The notes under the pieces are model-generated. The model worked only from the letters and a program-made list of their open reading frames with translations, was not told the DNA's origin and did no database searches. Made by a program: the position numbers and the translations under genes. A stretch of DNA of 64,000 nt from an uncultured Acidimicrobiia bacterium (GTDB lineage: Bacteria; Acidobacteriota; Terriglobia; Versatilivoradales; Versatilivoraceae), in contig CAWBAT010000006.1 in NCBI GenBank assembly GCA_963786955.1, forward strand, positions 992,001 through 1,056,000. The letters are read 5' to 3'. Shown here one piece after another: positions 23,386 through 34,233 of the stretch (position 1 is the first letter of the stretch; the number at the start of each line of letters is the position of its first letter).

Positions 23386-23988
23386 TTACTTCTCGCCCCA
23401 ATCGATAATGTTGGCAAGCCGCCAAGGATTCTTGAAGGCCTCGATTTCAATTTCGTTGGTCTTCTTGTTGAGCTGGAGCTCGGCGGCCGGGAGCAAAGTG
23501 CCTGTGCCCTTTTTGCCTTTCCCGGTGGGGATGTTCAGCTCAAGGATAGACAAGTTGTAGTCCATCGAACGGCTATCACTCCAGACCTCGCCAAATGTGA
23601 TGGGACGATTCGTGACCAGTCTGATTAAACGGTTGGTCGCGGAAGGAAACTCCCGGATATAATTGACGTCGTAACCCACCGTGCCGGTGATCGCGATGTG
23701 TCCCTTGGAGTGCATCTTGGTCACGGCGTTGTAAAGACCTTGACTGCCACCCTTAGTAAACGCGTCGAGCAGGATCTGTCTATCACTCGGTTCTGAGTAC
23801 TCCTGAATGATGAGGTTAACACTGAAAGTCTTCCCGAGCTGCGTCCCTTGACCAAAGGCTGTGCAGGTGATAGTTTCATACTTATTCTTATCCTTCGCCT
23901 CGACAGAAACGCAGGCCGCCGACAGTAACACGAGCGCGACGATAACAATGCTGATCCTCCTGAAACTTGTCTTCTTTACTTTCTCCAT
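23386..23988 (-). CDS. secreted hypothetical protein (tandem paralog A)
   Basis: Start MEKVKKTS (aaggag RBS); signal peptide ending VEA; mature region nearly identical to 24309-24913. Confidence 0.8.
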   Translation of the reverse strand: MEKVKKTSFRRISIVIVALVLLSAACVSVEAKDKNKYETITCTAFGQGTQLGKTFSVNLIIQEYSEPSDRQILLDAFTKGGSQGLYNAVTKMHSKGHIAITGTVGYDVNYIREFPSATNRLIRLVTNRPITFGEVWSDSRSMDYNLSILELNIPTGKGKKGTGTLLPAAELQLNKKTNEIEIEAFKNPWRLANIIDWGEK

Positions 23989-24308
23989 TTTCTTCTCCTT
24001 GACCGAAATTCTTAGATCAATGTTCCCTTCCTGAGATTCTAAAACCACCCTGTTTGGAGCTTCGCTCAAGGGACCCAGCACGAGCACGAGAACCGAACAA
24101 TGGTAGGGCCCGGTTTCGCCTCTGCCTCGTTTTTCGAACCGCCGATAATGAAGATTATTCGGGACGCGCAGCCGCGGGTGCGACCCCTCATTAATCCCAT
24201 CAAAAGCATGATAACCTGTTCGAGAAATTCAAAGTCGGACTAGAACGACGATCAACAAATAAATGCCTAACCGGTTCGCACACGAATTCTAACTCAAAGA
24301 CTCTGCTT

Positions 24309-24913
24309 TTACTTCTCGCCCCAATCAATCACGTCGGCAAGCCGCCAGGGATTCTTGTAGGCTTCTATTTCGATTTCATTGGTTTTCTTGTTGAGCTGGA
24401 GTTCCGCAGCCGGAAGCAAAGTGCCTGTACCCTTGGTGTCTTTCTGGAGGGGACGGATGTTCAGCTCAAGCAGAGACAAGTTATAACTCATCGAACGGCT
24501 GTCACTCCAAACCTCCCCGAAAGTAATGGGGCGATTCGTGACCAATCTGATTTTGCGGTTGGTCGCGGAAGGAAACTCCCGGATATAGTTCACGTCGTAA
24601 CCCACCGTGCCGGTGATCGCCAGATGCCCCTTGGATTTCATTTTGGTCACCGCGTTGTAAAGACCTTGGCTGCCACCCTTGTTAAACGCGTCGAGCAGGA
24701 TTTGTTTATCACTTGGTTCTGAGTACTCCTGAATGATGAGGTTGACGCTGAAAGTCTGTCCAAGCTGCGTCCCTTCACCAAAGGCGGTACAACTGATGGT
24801 TTCATACTTCGGCTTGGTCTTCGCCTCGACAGAACTGCCAATGCCTGCCAGCAGCACTAACACAACGACTATAAAGCTGATTGTTGTGATACGACTTCTT
24901 TCTATTTCTTCAT
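24309..24913 (-). CDS. secreted hypothetical protein (tandem paralog B), probable frameshift just after the start codon
   Basis: gaggagg RBS precedes ATG 24913, which reads ATG AAG AAA TAG; adding one A gives MKKIERSRITTISF in frame with the paralogous body. Confidence 0.75.
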
Positions 24914-25222
24914 CACTTCCTCCTCGACGAAATTTTAGTGAATGTTCCCAAAGGTGAATCCGGAATCTCAAGTGCCAAGAGCATACGAACGGTTCTATTC
25001 TACAGCCGACGTAGCAACTTCTCGACATGTTTCTACTCAAAAGGTAGCAGTTATATACTTTAGAATTAACAAATAGGGAAGTAAAAAATCAGATTGCCTC
25101 GCAGGTAACGCTCACTGTAGCGTTCTTAGTTTCTCAAACACTAGCATTTGACGATATACTTTAGACTGAGTCAATATGGAAGTAATAAAAATATTAATGT
25201 GAATTCAGGGGTCCCTGCTCGC

Positions 25223-25987
25223 TCATGAGGCGTTCCATCCGTTCCTGAATGAATCGGTAAGGCTTGACTCAACCGGCCAAGATCCGCGGAATGGCCTCTC
25301 GAGATCATAAATCGTATAAGCCGTCAGCATGAGCAATACAACCATGCACGTTTTCGCCACGATGAGATAACCGAAATGCTCCACATGAAGAAAAAGAGTG
25401 GGAACGATGACGGTGATACCGCCGAGGATGATCATTGCCCACATGAAATACCCGAGCCCGTTTTCGGCATCCAATAGGCGCATTCTCCGGGCCACATAGA
25501 CCTCCTCGCAAGCTTCGAGAGCCTGCTGGTACAGAACCTGATCTGCCGGCGCTACCGGCCGGAAACTCGCACTTTTTTCCCAGATTTGATCGAGCTTGGA
25601 ACTGCGTTGCTGTAGTTCTCTCAATTCCAGCTTCACCATCAGTGGCCACTCAGACTCAATGATTTCCTTGTCGTAAGCCAGAATTTGCTCGATGATTTGC
25701 GAGCCTAATGAGGCTGGAAATTCACGTGCCAAACGAAATAAAACATAAAGCTGAGCCGACTCGGTCTCCACATGCTCTTCAGCTCTCGATCTCTGCTCCC
25801 AGAGTGCGAAAATTACAAACGCCAGGTAGACTCCGTAGATTACCCCAAGGATCGCCACATAGACGGCTGCCGCCTCATTATTGGTCTGAAGCACATGCTT
25901 GGGCACAGAGCGCCTGATCCGGAACGCGGCTAAGAGGGTAATTCCCACCACCGCAACTAATATCACGAACATGTAAACCACGCTCAT
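25223..25987 (-). CDS. DUF4239 / bestrophin-like membrane protein (paralog 2)
   Basis: GVIYGVYLAFVIFALWE, RRMRL and DLERPFRG motifs; ggagg RBS before MSVVY. Confidence 0.8.
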   Translation of the reverse strand: MSVVYMFVILVAVVGITLLAAFRIRRSVPKHVLQTNNEAAAVYVAILGVIYGVYLAFVIFALWEQRSRAEEHVETESAQLYVLFRLAREFPASLGSQIIEQILAYDKEIIESEWPLMVKLELRELQQRSSKLDQIWEKSASFRPVAPADQVLYQQALEACEEVYVARRMRLLDAENGLGYFMWAMIILGGITVIVPTLFLHVEHFGYLIVAKTCMVVLLMLTAYTIYDLERPFRGSWPVESSLTDSFRNGWNAS

Positions 25988-26277
25988 CGACTGCTCCTCC
26001 AAACAGTTCATTTACGGGCTATTCCAGACAATATTTTTTCTCTTCCGGAGGGTGGAGCGGGCGCTCCGGCGCACGCTTGAATGCGCGCGGGAGCGCGCAT
26101 TCCACCTCTAAACGTCCACGCGGGTGAGTCGAACATCTCTTCCCCTAATAGCCAGTCACACTCATACCAAGTCGGATTCAAACGGTTATGAAAGGCCGTA
26201 AAACGCAAATCCACTCCTCACGCGGCCTTTGGCCACTCTCCCCAAGGCTGTTTTCTTTGGGGACATAGGCAGAGGGT

Positions 26278-26382
26278 GGCTGTGAAAGAATTGGCTGTAG
26301 CGGCGCTCTATGAGCGCCGTTTCTTCTCATTTCAATGGCTTGGCCGGCGCTCTATGAGCGCCGCTACAATTTCTCCACACCC
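26278..26382. mobile_element. MITE-like element with REP doublet, nested inside another palindromic repeat
   Basis: ggctgtgaaagaatt ... aatttctccacacc ends enclosing tgtagcggcgctctatgagcgccg..cggcgctctatgagcgccgctaca. Confidence 0.65.
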
Positions 26383-26441
26383 AGGGACCGAGGGTGAGGG
26401 ACTTGCTCGATCTAATATATCTATTTGATTGCAACTTAGCA

Positions 26442-27146
26442 TCAGTTCTCCACAAAGGTCACCTTGCCAGTCGCGACGTCATACAGGGCGCCGACCAGTT
26501 CCACTTTCCCTTCGTCCAAATACTTCTTGAGATAAGGGCTTCCCTCGCGGATCTCCTTCATCGACTGGAGCACGTTCTTTACCGCCACTTTCGTGACGCA
26601 GGTGTCGTCATTGGAATTGCTGCAACTCGCAGCCGCAACGGCGGGGCGTATTTTTGCGAGAAGTCCGGTCAAGTTTCCCAGCTTGGCATCATCGATTGCC
26701 CCCTTGACCGCACCGCAACCGGTGTGTCCAAGCACAACAACGAGCTTCGAACCCACTTTGGCAGCATATTCGAGACTCCCCAGTTCGTCGTTGTTCACTA
26801 TGTTGCCGGCGATGCGCACAACGAAGACGTCCCCGACGCCCTGGTCAAAGACAATTTCGATAGGCGCGCGGGAATCCATGCAGGCCAGGATGGCTGCGAA
26901 AGGAAACTGCCCCGAGGCTGTGGCCATCACTTTTGCAGACCAGTCCCGCTTCTTCATCGTATTCGATACGAAGCGGGCGTTGCCTGCCTTGAGCCGATTA
27001 AGGGCTTTATCTGGCGTCATTGCAGCCTGTGATTCTTGCGTCTGCACCTTCACCTTTTTGGGGGCTGCTGCCTGAGGCTCCTCGGCTGTGAGGGGAACCA
27101 TGGAGAAACAAAGGCAGAGCAAAACTACCAGGACGCGAATTCTCAT
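26442..27146 (-). CDS. beta-class carbonic anhydrase, secreted
   Basis: Signal peptide MRIRVLVVLLCLCFSMVPLTA; CMDSR and HTGCG Zn-ligand motifs. Confidence 0.92.
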   Translation of the reverse strand: MRIRVLVVLLCLCFSMVPLTAEEPQAAAPKKVKVQTQESQAAMTPDKALNRLKAGNARFVSNTMKKRDWSAKVMATASGQFPFAAILACMDSRAPIEIVFDQGVGDVFVVRIAGNIVNNDELGSLEYAAKVGSKLVVVLGHTGCGAVKGAIDDAKLGNLTGLLAKIRPAVAAASCSNSNDDTCVTKVAVKNVLQSMKEIREGSPYLKKYLDEGKVELVGALYDVATGKVTFVEN

Positions 27147-27306
27147 TACTCCTCCGAATATCATATCTATTGTTCCTCAATATATGTTCAAGGGCACCCG
27201 TTAAGCAATTCAAACCTGTGTGCTGAAGGTGAAAAGAAATTGGAAAACGTCGCGTGGAGTTGGGTCTTTGATAAAGCCAAGCTTACAATAATTTCAAAAC
27301 CTCAGC

Positions 27307-27957
27307 TCAAAAATTCACCCCGGCTGCTAAAACAATTGTTGGATCCGTCCAGCCAAAATTGAAAATGTACGTCGTAAAATCGACTTTCTTATAGGAGAAA
27401 CCTGCCAATAATCCTCTCTGTATGTCGAATTCTGTCTGATAGGCCTTGGTCCGCTGTACGACCAAACCTATTCGGAACCAGTCTACGGGCGAATAGCTGA
27501 ATTCCGACCAGGTGTAGAAAAAGTTCCCGCTGCGATCACGCGTATCGAAAACATACTCGCCTTGGCTCGAAAGCTCAAATTTCCCAAAACTGAGCGACAG
27601 ATTGTAACCCGGGGCGACTCCGGTGAGGTTTCCGAAAACACCCCCCAACATCGGCGTGACTACCAACACCAGCTTTTTCCCCATGCTAAAATTATGTCCT
27701 ATCCAAACTGACCCAGTTTCAAGCGCTTCATAGTTATAGCGGGCTTCCAAATGGAGCCCGCCGTGATCCGCCGTGAAATTCGGATTCACATAGTTCTGTT
27801 CATGAGGCAGAAGATAGGTGTAGGCAGAGAATGAGAATGCCCACGGGTCAGGGGCAGCGTCGGGTGAAGGACCGGGAGGACTAGTTGTGGCTGTTTGACC
27901 TAATGCTGTTCCAGTCAAAACAATAAGGACCGCCGCCACTACTGCAAGGGTGCGCAA
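27307..27957 (-). CDS. hypothetical outer-membrane beta-barrel-like protein
   Basis: Probable TTG start (uncertain); signal peptide; aromatic-rich alternating strands; C-terminal Phe. Confidence 0.65.
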   Translation of the reverse strand: MRTLAVVAAVLIVLTGTALGQTATTSPPGPSPDAAPDPWAFSFSAYTYLLPHEQNYVNPNFTADHGGLHLEARYNYEALETGSVWIGHNFSMGKKLVLVVTPMLGGVFGNLTGVAPGYNLSLSFGKFELSSQGEYVFDTRDRSGNFFYTWSEFSYSPVDWFRIGLVVQRTKAYQTEFDIQRGLLAGFSYKKVDFTTYIFNFGWTDPTIVLAAGVNF

Positions 27958-27962
27958 TATTT

Positions 27963-28697
27963 TCAGCCCCCCAGAAGAATGGCCACGCCGACAAGCGCGA
28001 GCCCAATAGTGACCATTGCCAGACCGGCAACCAGGCGCTTCGTGTGAGCATACTGCGCCCACTTCTGCCCGACCAGGAAAAGCATCCCAATCAGGAGGAA
28101 GTTAGATACACGCAGTGCGACATTCGGTTTTGAGAAGATCAAGAACGGGACCGCTGCCGGCAGGCATGAGATAAAGACCAGCCAAAAACAAGCTAACGCT
28201 CCATAGAGGTCATCTTTCGTCAACCCCCCGGTCCTGACACTTTCCCCTTGAGCGGCGTGTTTGAGGATCGAACGATAAAGAGCTTCCCGGTCCTCGGGCG
28301 AGACTAGAGATTGGAATTCCGGATCGACCGCCTGTCGAACGAGATCCAGGGCCGTCTCGGAGTCTGGCGCACTTCGAATTTCCTGGAGGAGGCGTGCTCG
28401 CAGGCCACGCTCCGTGATGCAGTTCATGATATACATGATGGCGTCAATAATCCCCCAGGCGATATTGCATCCCAGCGCCGAGAGCAGCAACTGACGCACA
28501 CCCGCCTTACCCTCAGCTACCGTCAGCCCGGCGGTAAGAGTCGCCGTCAACACCATGATCAGCCCGAATAGAATTTCACCGAGCCGGCTGGCAGGGTCAA
28601 GGTACTTGCGAACAAAGCTTTCTTTATCTGGTTTATCGGTCACGGCCCGATCGCAGGACTCACCTGGCAAACTAAATAGAGAGGGGCTGGTCGTCAC
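27963..28697 (-). CDS. VIT1/CCC1-like membrane transporter
   Basis: LDPASRLGEILFGLIM, GCNIAWGIIDA and PAAVPFL motifs; five TM segments; true start may be GTG 28643. Confidence 0.7.
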   Translation of the reverse strand: MTTSPSLFSLPGESCDRAVTDKPDKESFVRKYLDPASRLGEILFGLIMVLTATLTAGLTVAEGKAGVRQLLLSALGCNIAWGIIDAIMYIMNCITERGLRARLLQEIRSAPDSETALDLVRQAVDPEFQSLVSPEDREALYRSILKHAAQGESVRTGGLTKDDLYGALACFWLVFISCLPAAVPFLIFSKPNVALRVSNFLLIGMLFLVGQKWAQYAHTKRLVAGLAMVTIGLALVGVAILLGG

Positions 28698-28700
28698 GCT

Positions 28701-28772
28701 GGTAGGGCGCGCACGCCGTGCGCGCCGCCATGCCCAAACTGGGGTCGGCGGTCTCAGCGAGACCGCCCTACC
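28701..28772. repeat. GTAG-type REP doublet
   Basis: ggtagggcgcgcacgccgtgcgcgcc ... ggcggtctcagcgagaccgccctacc. Confidence 0.75.
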
Positions 28773-28908
28773 TTACCCCCTGGAGTTCCCCATAACCAAG
28801 GGGGACATTCGCAGAGCGACACCAAAGCCAATTCTTTCACACTTTCCCCTTGAACAAGGGGGAACACAAGGGGGGTTACCCTCAATTCTCCACTTCAGTC
28901 AATCAATG

Positions 28909-29307
28909 TCACGACTTGCCCTTCAAAGCCTTGATGGCTCCCTTGACATCACTTAAACCGAGGACGACGAGTTGCCTTTTCGAGCCTTCTTCAGCTCCAC
29001 TGTAACTGTAGTTAATGTTGATGTCGGCGCTGGCCAGTTTTCTGGCAGCGCTCGCCAACGTCCCGGACTTGTTTTTCAGTACGATCCCTACGACTTCTGA
29101 CTCCGACACTTGCAAATTCAGACCCGCTAGGACCTCTTTGGCTTTGGCGGATTTGTCTGTTGCCAACCTTACCCTATTCTGCCCCTGCCCTTCCTCAGTA
29201 GTAAAGGCCAGGATATTCACTTTAGCTTTGGCTAGAGCTTCGCCCAAGCTGGCGAGTGTTCCCGGCTTGTTTTCAATCTGAACCGTCAACTCAGTCATTT
29301 TCCCCAT
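28909..29307 (-). CDS. tandem ACT domain protein
   Basis: 132 aa; ENKPGTLA..VNI and NKSGTLA..ININY repeats. Confidence 0.88.
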   Translation of the reverse strand: MGKMTELTVQIENKPGTLASLGEALAKAKVNILAFTTEEGQGQNRVRLATDKSAKAKEVLAGLNLQVSESEVVGIVLKNKSGTLASAARKLASADININYSYSGAEEGSKRQLVVLGLSDVKGAIKALKGKS

Positions 29308-29641
29308 GCTTTGCCCCCTCGAAAGTTAATATTGGACAAGACTCATCACTTGCAACAGACAACGTTATCTGACCCAAAAATGCGCGCGTGGCGCAGATTT
29401 ATTTTTTAGCTTAACTTTCGCACAATGGAAATATCTGGTTAATCTAAGACCACATATCTTCGTGTTGGAACTACCAGAAAGAAACCCAGGGCAACTTTAC
29501 ATTAGTATCTCATGAACAACGAAGCCAGAGCTGTAAGAATTGGCAGGTTATTGATTGAGGAGTTTCGGAATGTCGGCAGATTCTGCTGATCGCGTTGTGC
29601 TAGTCACACTTATTGGGCTCATGGGACTACCCCTTTCAGGT

Positions 29642-30109
29642 TTGTAGTCCCGGCTTCAGCCGGTCCCGATTATGGCCGCCGGAAGGCGGCACCTCGGGAT
29701 TGGACATTTGTTGGCACCCCGGATTCAGAAGCTGCGCAGGCTTCCAAGCTTTTATTGGTGGCACTATCGTTTCGTCATTTGAAAATAGGTTTACGAAGCG
29801 GTCATTTGCAGTCATTCAGACATCCAGCGGCCTGAAGGGCCGCTACAATCTAGCCCAGGGCAGAGCGCAGGGGCAAGGCCCCGCAACGCCGCCCTGGGTC
29901 ACGATCCCAATGAATCATCGGCGCCCTGAAGGGCGACAATCGGGACGAGAGGTGTGTTGCACCCCTTCAGGGTGCCCTTTCGTGGGTGACCTGTGACCCA
30001 GGGCGCTGCTCCGGGCTTCGCCCTCCACTCTGCCTGGGCTATTTTCTCTTGCCCTTTCAGGGCAGCGGAAATGTCCAATCTCCACGGCCGCCTGAAGGCA
30101 GTACTACAA
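29642..30109. repeat. nested repeat cluster (REP > TIR element > CCCTGAAGGG palindromes)
   Basis: Outer ttgtagtcccggcttcagccgg / ccgcctgaaggcagtactacaa; inner gattggacattt (29698) / aaatgtccaatc (30069); core of cctgaagggc/gcccaggg palindromes 29830-30063. Confidence 0.75.
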
Positions 30110-30116
30110 GCCTGGA

Positions 30117-32537
30117 TCAAAACGGCCACGTCCATTGATCGGCTTCCGGCTTATCGATGCCGTGCTCGTAGGCATAGCTCTGACACGCGATCTGCATGTT
30201 TCGCAGTTGATCCTTGGCATGAGCGCCGCATGCCTGCAGGCTAGGTACACGATCGATGACGTCGATCGCCAGGCTGAAACGATCGATCTGGTTCTGAATG
30301 GCCAGATCGAGCGGCGTGTTGATGTTGCCTTTCTCCTTGTAGCCGCGCACGTGCATGTTCTTGTGATTGGTTCTCCGGTAGGTCAGTCGATGGATCAACC
30401 AGGGATAACCGTGGAAGTTGAAAATAATCGGCTTGTCCACAGTGAACAGGCTATCGAAGTCGCGGTCCGAGAGCCCATGAGGGTGTTCCGTGGAGGGCGT
30501 CAATCTAAAGAGGTCCACCACGTTGACGAAACGGATCTTTAAATTGGGGAAGTGCTCCCGCAACAGCACCACCGCCGCGAGCGCCTCCTTGGTGGGGATG
30601 TCACCGGCACAGGCCATCACCACGTCTGGCTCGGTCCCCTCGTCATTACTCGCCTTCCGCCAAATGCCAATGCCCTTCGTACAGTGCGCGATGGCATCGT
30701 CCATGCTCAAGTACTGCAAATGTTTCTGCTTGTCGCAGACGATTACGTTGATGTAAATGGTGCTCCTCAAGCAGTGATTAGCCACGCTGAGGAGAGTATT
30801 TGCATCTGGCGGCAAATAGATGCGGCATACGTCCGGGCTCTTGTTCACCACCACGTCGAGGAAACCGGGATCCTGGTGGGTGAACCCATTGTGATCCTGG
30901 CGCCACACGGTGGAAGTAATGAGCAGGTTGAGCGACGAGACCGGCGGTCGCCACGGCAGCTGGCGGCAGATGGCAAGCCACTTGGCGTGCTGGTTAAACA
31001 TGGAATCGATGACGTGAACAAAAGCCTCATAAGTGGAGAAGAAGCCATGCCGTCCACTGAGCAGATAGCCTTCCAGCCAACCCTCCAGGGTATGTTCGGA
31101 AAGCATCTCCAGCACCCGCCCATCGCGCGACAGCTCGCCGCCATCGGCGTCCTCCGGCAAATAGTCAGCCAGCCACAGTTTCTTGCTCACCTCATAGATC
31201 GCATCGAGTTTATTCGACGTGTTTTCATCGGGACCGAAGACGCGGAAGTTTTCCATATTCTGGCGCATGATGTCCCGCAGGAAGCAACCGAGGGGACGCG
31301 TGTTTTCCGCTGAGGCCTGCCCTGGTTTCTCGACTTTGATGGCATAGTCGCGGAAGTCCGGTAGGCGCAGTGGCTTCCGCAGCAAGCCCCCATTGGCGTG
31401 GGGATTGGCCCCCATGCGCCGCGGTCCCTTAGGAGCCAGCGCCTTCAGTTCCGGGACCAGCCGCCCCTCTTGGTCGAACAGCTCCTCGGGTTTATAACTG
31501 CGCATCCAGTTCTCCAACTGTTTCAGATGGGCCGGATTGTCGCGTACTCCCGACAGGGGTACCTGGTGAGCGCGCCAGAAGCCTTCCACTTTGTGGCCGT
31601 CAACTTCCTTGGGCCCAGTCCAGCCTTTGGGACTGCGCAACACGATCATCGGCCAACGCGCCCGATTCGCTTTGCCACTCTTGCGCGCTTCCTGTTGGAT
31701 GCGACGAATCTCTAGCACGCAGCTCTCCAGTGTTGCGGCCATCGTCTGGTGCATCAACTCCGGATCGTTCCCTTCCACGAAATGAGGTGTCCATCCATAA
31801 CCCTTGAACAGGTTCTCCAGCTCTTCATGAGAGATTCGCGACAGCAAAGTGGGGTTATTGATCTTGTAACCATTGAGGTGCAGGACCGGGAGCACTGCAC
31901 CGTCTCGAATGGGATTCAGGAACTTATTGGAATGCCAGGAGGTGGCCAGCGGCCCAGTCTCCGATTCCCCGTCACCGACCACTACCGCCACCAGCAGCTC
32001 GGGGTTGTCGAAGGCAGCACCAAAAGCATGTGAGACGCTGTAGCCGAGTTCGCCCCCTTCATGGATGGAGCCCGGTGTCTCGGGCGTGCAGTGGCTGCCG
32101 ATGCCCCCTGGAAAAGAGAATTCCTTGAAGAACTCAAGCATCCCCTGCTCGTCCTCACCCTTGTTTGGGTAGATCTCGGAATACGCACCCTCCAGATAGA
32201 CCGGCGCCAGCACACCTGGTGCTCCGTGGCCAGGGCCGGCCAGAAAGATGGCGTCGAGATCGTACTTATTGATCAGACGATTCAGGTGAATGTAAGTAAA
32301 GCTCAAGCCGGGGCTTGCGCCCCAGTGACCCAACAGGCGCTGCTTGATGTGCTCCGGTTTCAAGGGCTCGCGGAGCAGAGGATTGGCGCGCAGATAGATC
32401 ATGCCGGCCGCCAGGAAATTGCAAGCCCGCCAGTAAGCATCAATCTTGCGGAGCTCTTCAGAGGACAGCCGGCCTTCGGGGCTTCTGCTAATACCTTTGG
32501 CCGTCTTCGCCTTCACATCGGCAGGTACACGTGTCAT
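30117..32537 (-). CDS. xfp: phosphoketolase (xylulose-5-P/fructose-6-P)
   Basis: 806 aa; [28 protein letters not shown] motif, [16 protein letters not shown]. Confidence 0.96.
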   Translation of the reverse strand: MTRVPADVKAKTAKGISRSPEGRLSSEELRKIDAYWRACNFLAAGMIYLRANPLLREPLKPEHIKQRLLGHWGASPGLSFTYIHLNRLINKYDLDAIFLAGPGHGAPGVLAPVYLEGAYSEIYPNKGEDEQGMLEFFKEFSFPGGIGSHCTPETPGSIHEGGELGYSVSHAFGAAFDNPELLVAVVVGDGESETGPLATSWHSNKFLNPIRDGAVLPVLHLNGYKINNPTLLSRISHEELENLFKGYGWTPHFVEGNDPELMHQTMAATLESCVLEIRRIQQEARKSGKANRARWPMIVLRSPKGWTGPKEVDGHKVEGFWRAHQVPLSGVRDNPAHLKQLENWMRSYKPEELFDQEGRLVPELKALAPKGPRRMGANPHANGGLLRKPLRLPDFRDYAIKVEKPGQASAENTRPLGCFLRDIMRQNMENFRVFGPDENTSNKLDAIYEVSKKLWLADYLPEDADGGELSRDGRVLEMLSEHTLEGWLEGYLLSGRHGFFSTYEAFVHVIDSMFNQHAKWLAICRQLPWRPPVSSLNLLITSTVWRQDHNGFTHQDPGFLDVVVNKSPDVCRIYLPPDANTLLSVANHCLRSTIYINVIVCDKQKHLQYLSMDDAIAHCTKGIGIWRKASNDEGTEPDVVMACAGDIPTKEALAAVVLLREHFPNLKIRFVNVVDLFRLTPSTEHPHGLSDRDFDSLFTVDKPIIFNFHGYPWLIHRLTYRRTNHKNMHVRGYKEKGNINTPLDLAIQNQIDRFSLAIDVIDRVPSLQACGAHAKDQLRNMQIACQSYAYEHGIDKPEADQWTWPF

Positions 32538-33023
32538 GAGTCATCCTCCATTTCCAAGTAATTCTTAATTGTTGAGCATTCAGTCAGCGGCAGGTCAGTC
32601 CTATCTGTTGACTTCATCGGCTTCAGGGGGCGTGGTTCGTCTCTTCCACGAAGAGAGAGTCAAAATGCATGATTATGCTAGAGATTGTGATTTTTCTTCT
32701 CGTCCTGCGCTACATCAATTTTCTCACACCAAGATTAACCAGATATTTCAGTGAAGTGAAAATTCAGTAAACTTTCCGTTAACATACCCACCGGATCTCA
32801 ATGGACTCAAATTGCGGCCGACACTCCAGCCGAGACTACATGTCCTTCGCACCCTGTAGGAGCTCGAAATGTAAACATTCCAGTCTGGAGATTGAGGTTC
32901 AAATGTGGGAGCCGAACAGCGACCGGCACTTCCGTCCAGTCACGGTCACGGTCTGGGGGTTACCTATTCCGCCAGTGTCACGTTAAAACACAGGGCTGGG
33001 AGCGATTCCTTCATCGCCTACAT

Positions 33024-34109
33024 CTAAACCTTCTTCCACAGAACATTGCTCTTGGAGGTGATCACCGCCATGAGTTTATTCCAGGACTTCAGGAATAATT
33101 TCATTCCTTCGTCCTGGAGTTGAGCACCCAAAACATCAACGTTGATGCCGCGTTTAGCGAACTGGGCAAAAACCTCTTCGCAATCGCCGCCGTCCGCCGG
33201 CATGATTTCGACCGGTTCATTGGAATCAGCAAGAGCCTTTAAAGTGGTCTCTGTCACTGTGTTCACCGTGACGGGTGCGGCAAGAGCCTTGATGTAGAAG
33301 AGATTGGATGCTTGCGAATCCCTGGTTCCCGAGTTGTCCCACAAGAGGCGCTGGGGACGGCCGCCGACGTTGTAAATGCGCTGCCAGCGCGGTGAAGTCA
33401 GCAAGGCACGGCAGGCCTTGTAGGTACGCCGGGCCATGGCAATGCCGAGTTGATTTCCAAGTGCGCTGGGTACCCTGTCTGCGACCGTGGCGTCCCAGCG
33501 GCTGACGAACACCGAAGCCACAGACCCAACATCGGGTTTCAGCCCGGCAGCGATGCGCCGCTCGATGCCGCGCAAGTAGGCGTCGGCAGCCGCCAGATAG
33601 TGCTCGCGTGAGAACAAGAGGGTCACGTTCACAGGGACTCCGGCAAAAATCGCCTCCTCAACAGCCGGCAAGCCTTCTGAGGTTCCTGGGATTTGAATTA
33701 AGATGTTGGGACGTTTTCCCCGGGCATACAAATTCTTGGCCGCGGCCAGGATGCCTGCTGTGTTTTGGGCGAGCAGAGGCGACAGCTTCAACGACACCCA
33801 ACCATCCACACCATTCGTTCGGTCGTAAATGGGCCTGAACAGGTCCGCGGCCTGGATCAGGTACTCTAGTGCCAGCTCAAAGAACAATTCCTCTGCCACT
33901 CTTCCTTTTTTGAGCTTCTTTACGATGGCCTCATCGTAGGTGCCATCATTCTTGATGACAGGAATGAAGTTCGTCGGGTCTGAAGTGAGGCCCGTTAAGA
34001 ACAATTTACTAATGTAACTCTTTAGCGCACCACTCTTCATCAAGTCTGGCGTGGCGTTGTGAAGCCACAGACTCTGCCCTAAATTGTGGAGCGTTTCAGT
34101 TGTTTTCAT
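33024..34109 (-). CDS. tal: transaldolase-like protein with substituted catalytic residues
   Basis: 361 aa, clear transaldolase fold motifs (GQSLWL, GLTS.PT.F, DGWVS, VNVTLLFS, SVASVFVSRWD, QRLLW) but D>H, N>D, E>K and K>Q at key positions. Confidence 0.85.
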   Translation of the reverse strand: MKTTETLHNLGQSLWLHNATPDLMKSGALKSYISKLFLTGLTSDPTNFIPVIKNDGTYDEAIVKKLKKGRVAEELFFELALEYLIQAADLFRPIYDRTNGVDGWVSLKLSPLLAQNTAGILAAAKNLYARGKRPNILIQIPGTSEGLPAVEEAIFAGVPVNVTLLFSREHYLAAADAYLRGIERRIAAGLKPDVGSVASVFVSRWDATVADRVPSALGNQLGIAMARRTYKACRALLTSPRWQRIYNVGGRPQRLLWDNSGTRDSQASNLFYIKALAAPVTVNTVTETTLKALADSNEPVEIMPADGGDCEEVFAQFAKRGINVDVLGAQLQDEGMKLFLKSWNKLMAVITSKSNVLWKKV

Positions 34110-34233
34110 AGAGTCATCTCAGTTCAAAGGTGCTTTTTCCAGCGGGACGAGGGCATCCCGGCTCCAGTTGGAGACGCCGCGCCCTCGCGGCGTATTCTTG
34201 CGGGAAGAGGTTTCCCCTTCTCCAGGCGATAGC

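Noticed and set aside
23173-23628. ORFs 20359-20814 and 23173-23628 sharing HCPTLCKEGPSSYCPPLNK
   Set aside because: The similarity is only translation of the non-coding 186 bp repeat
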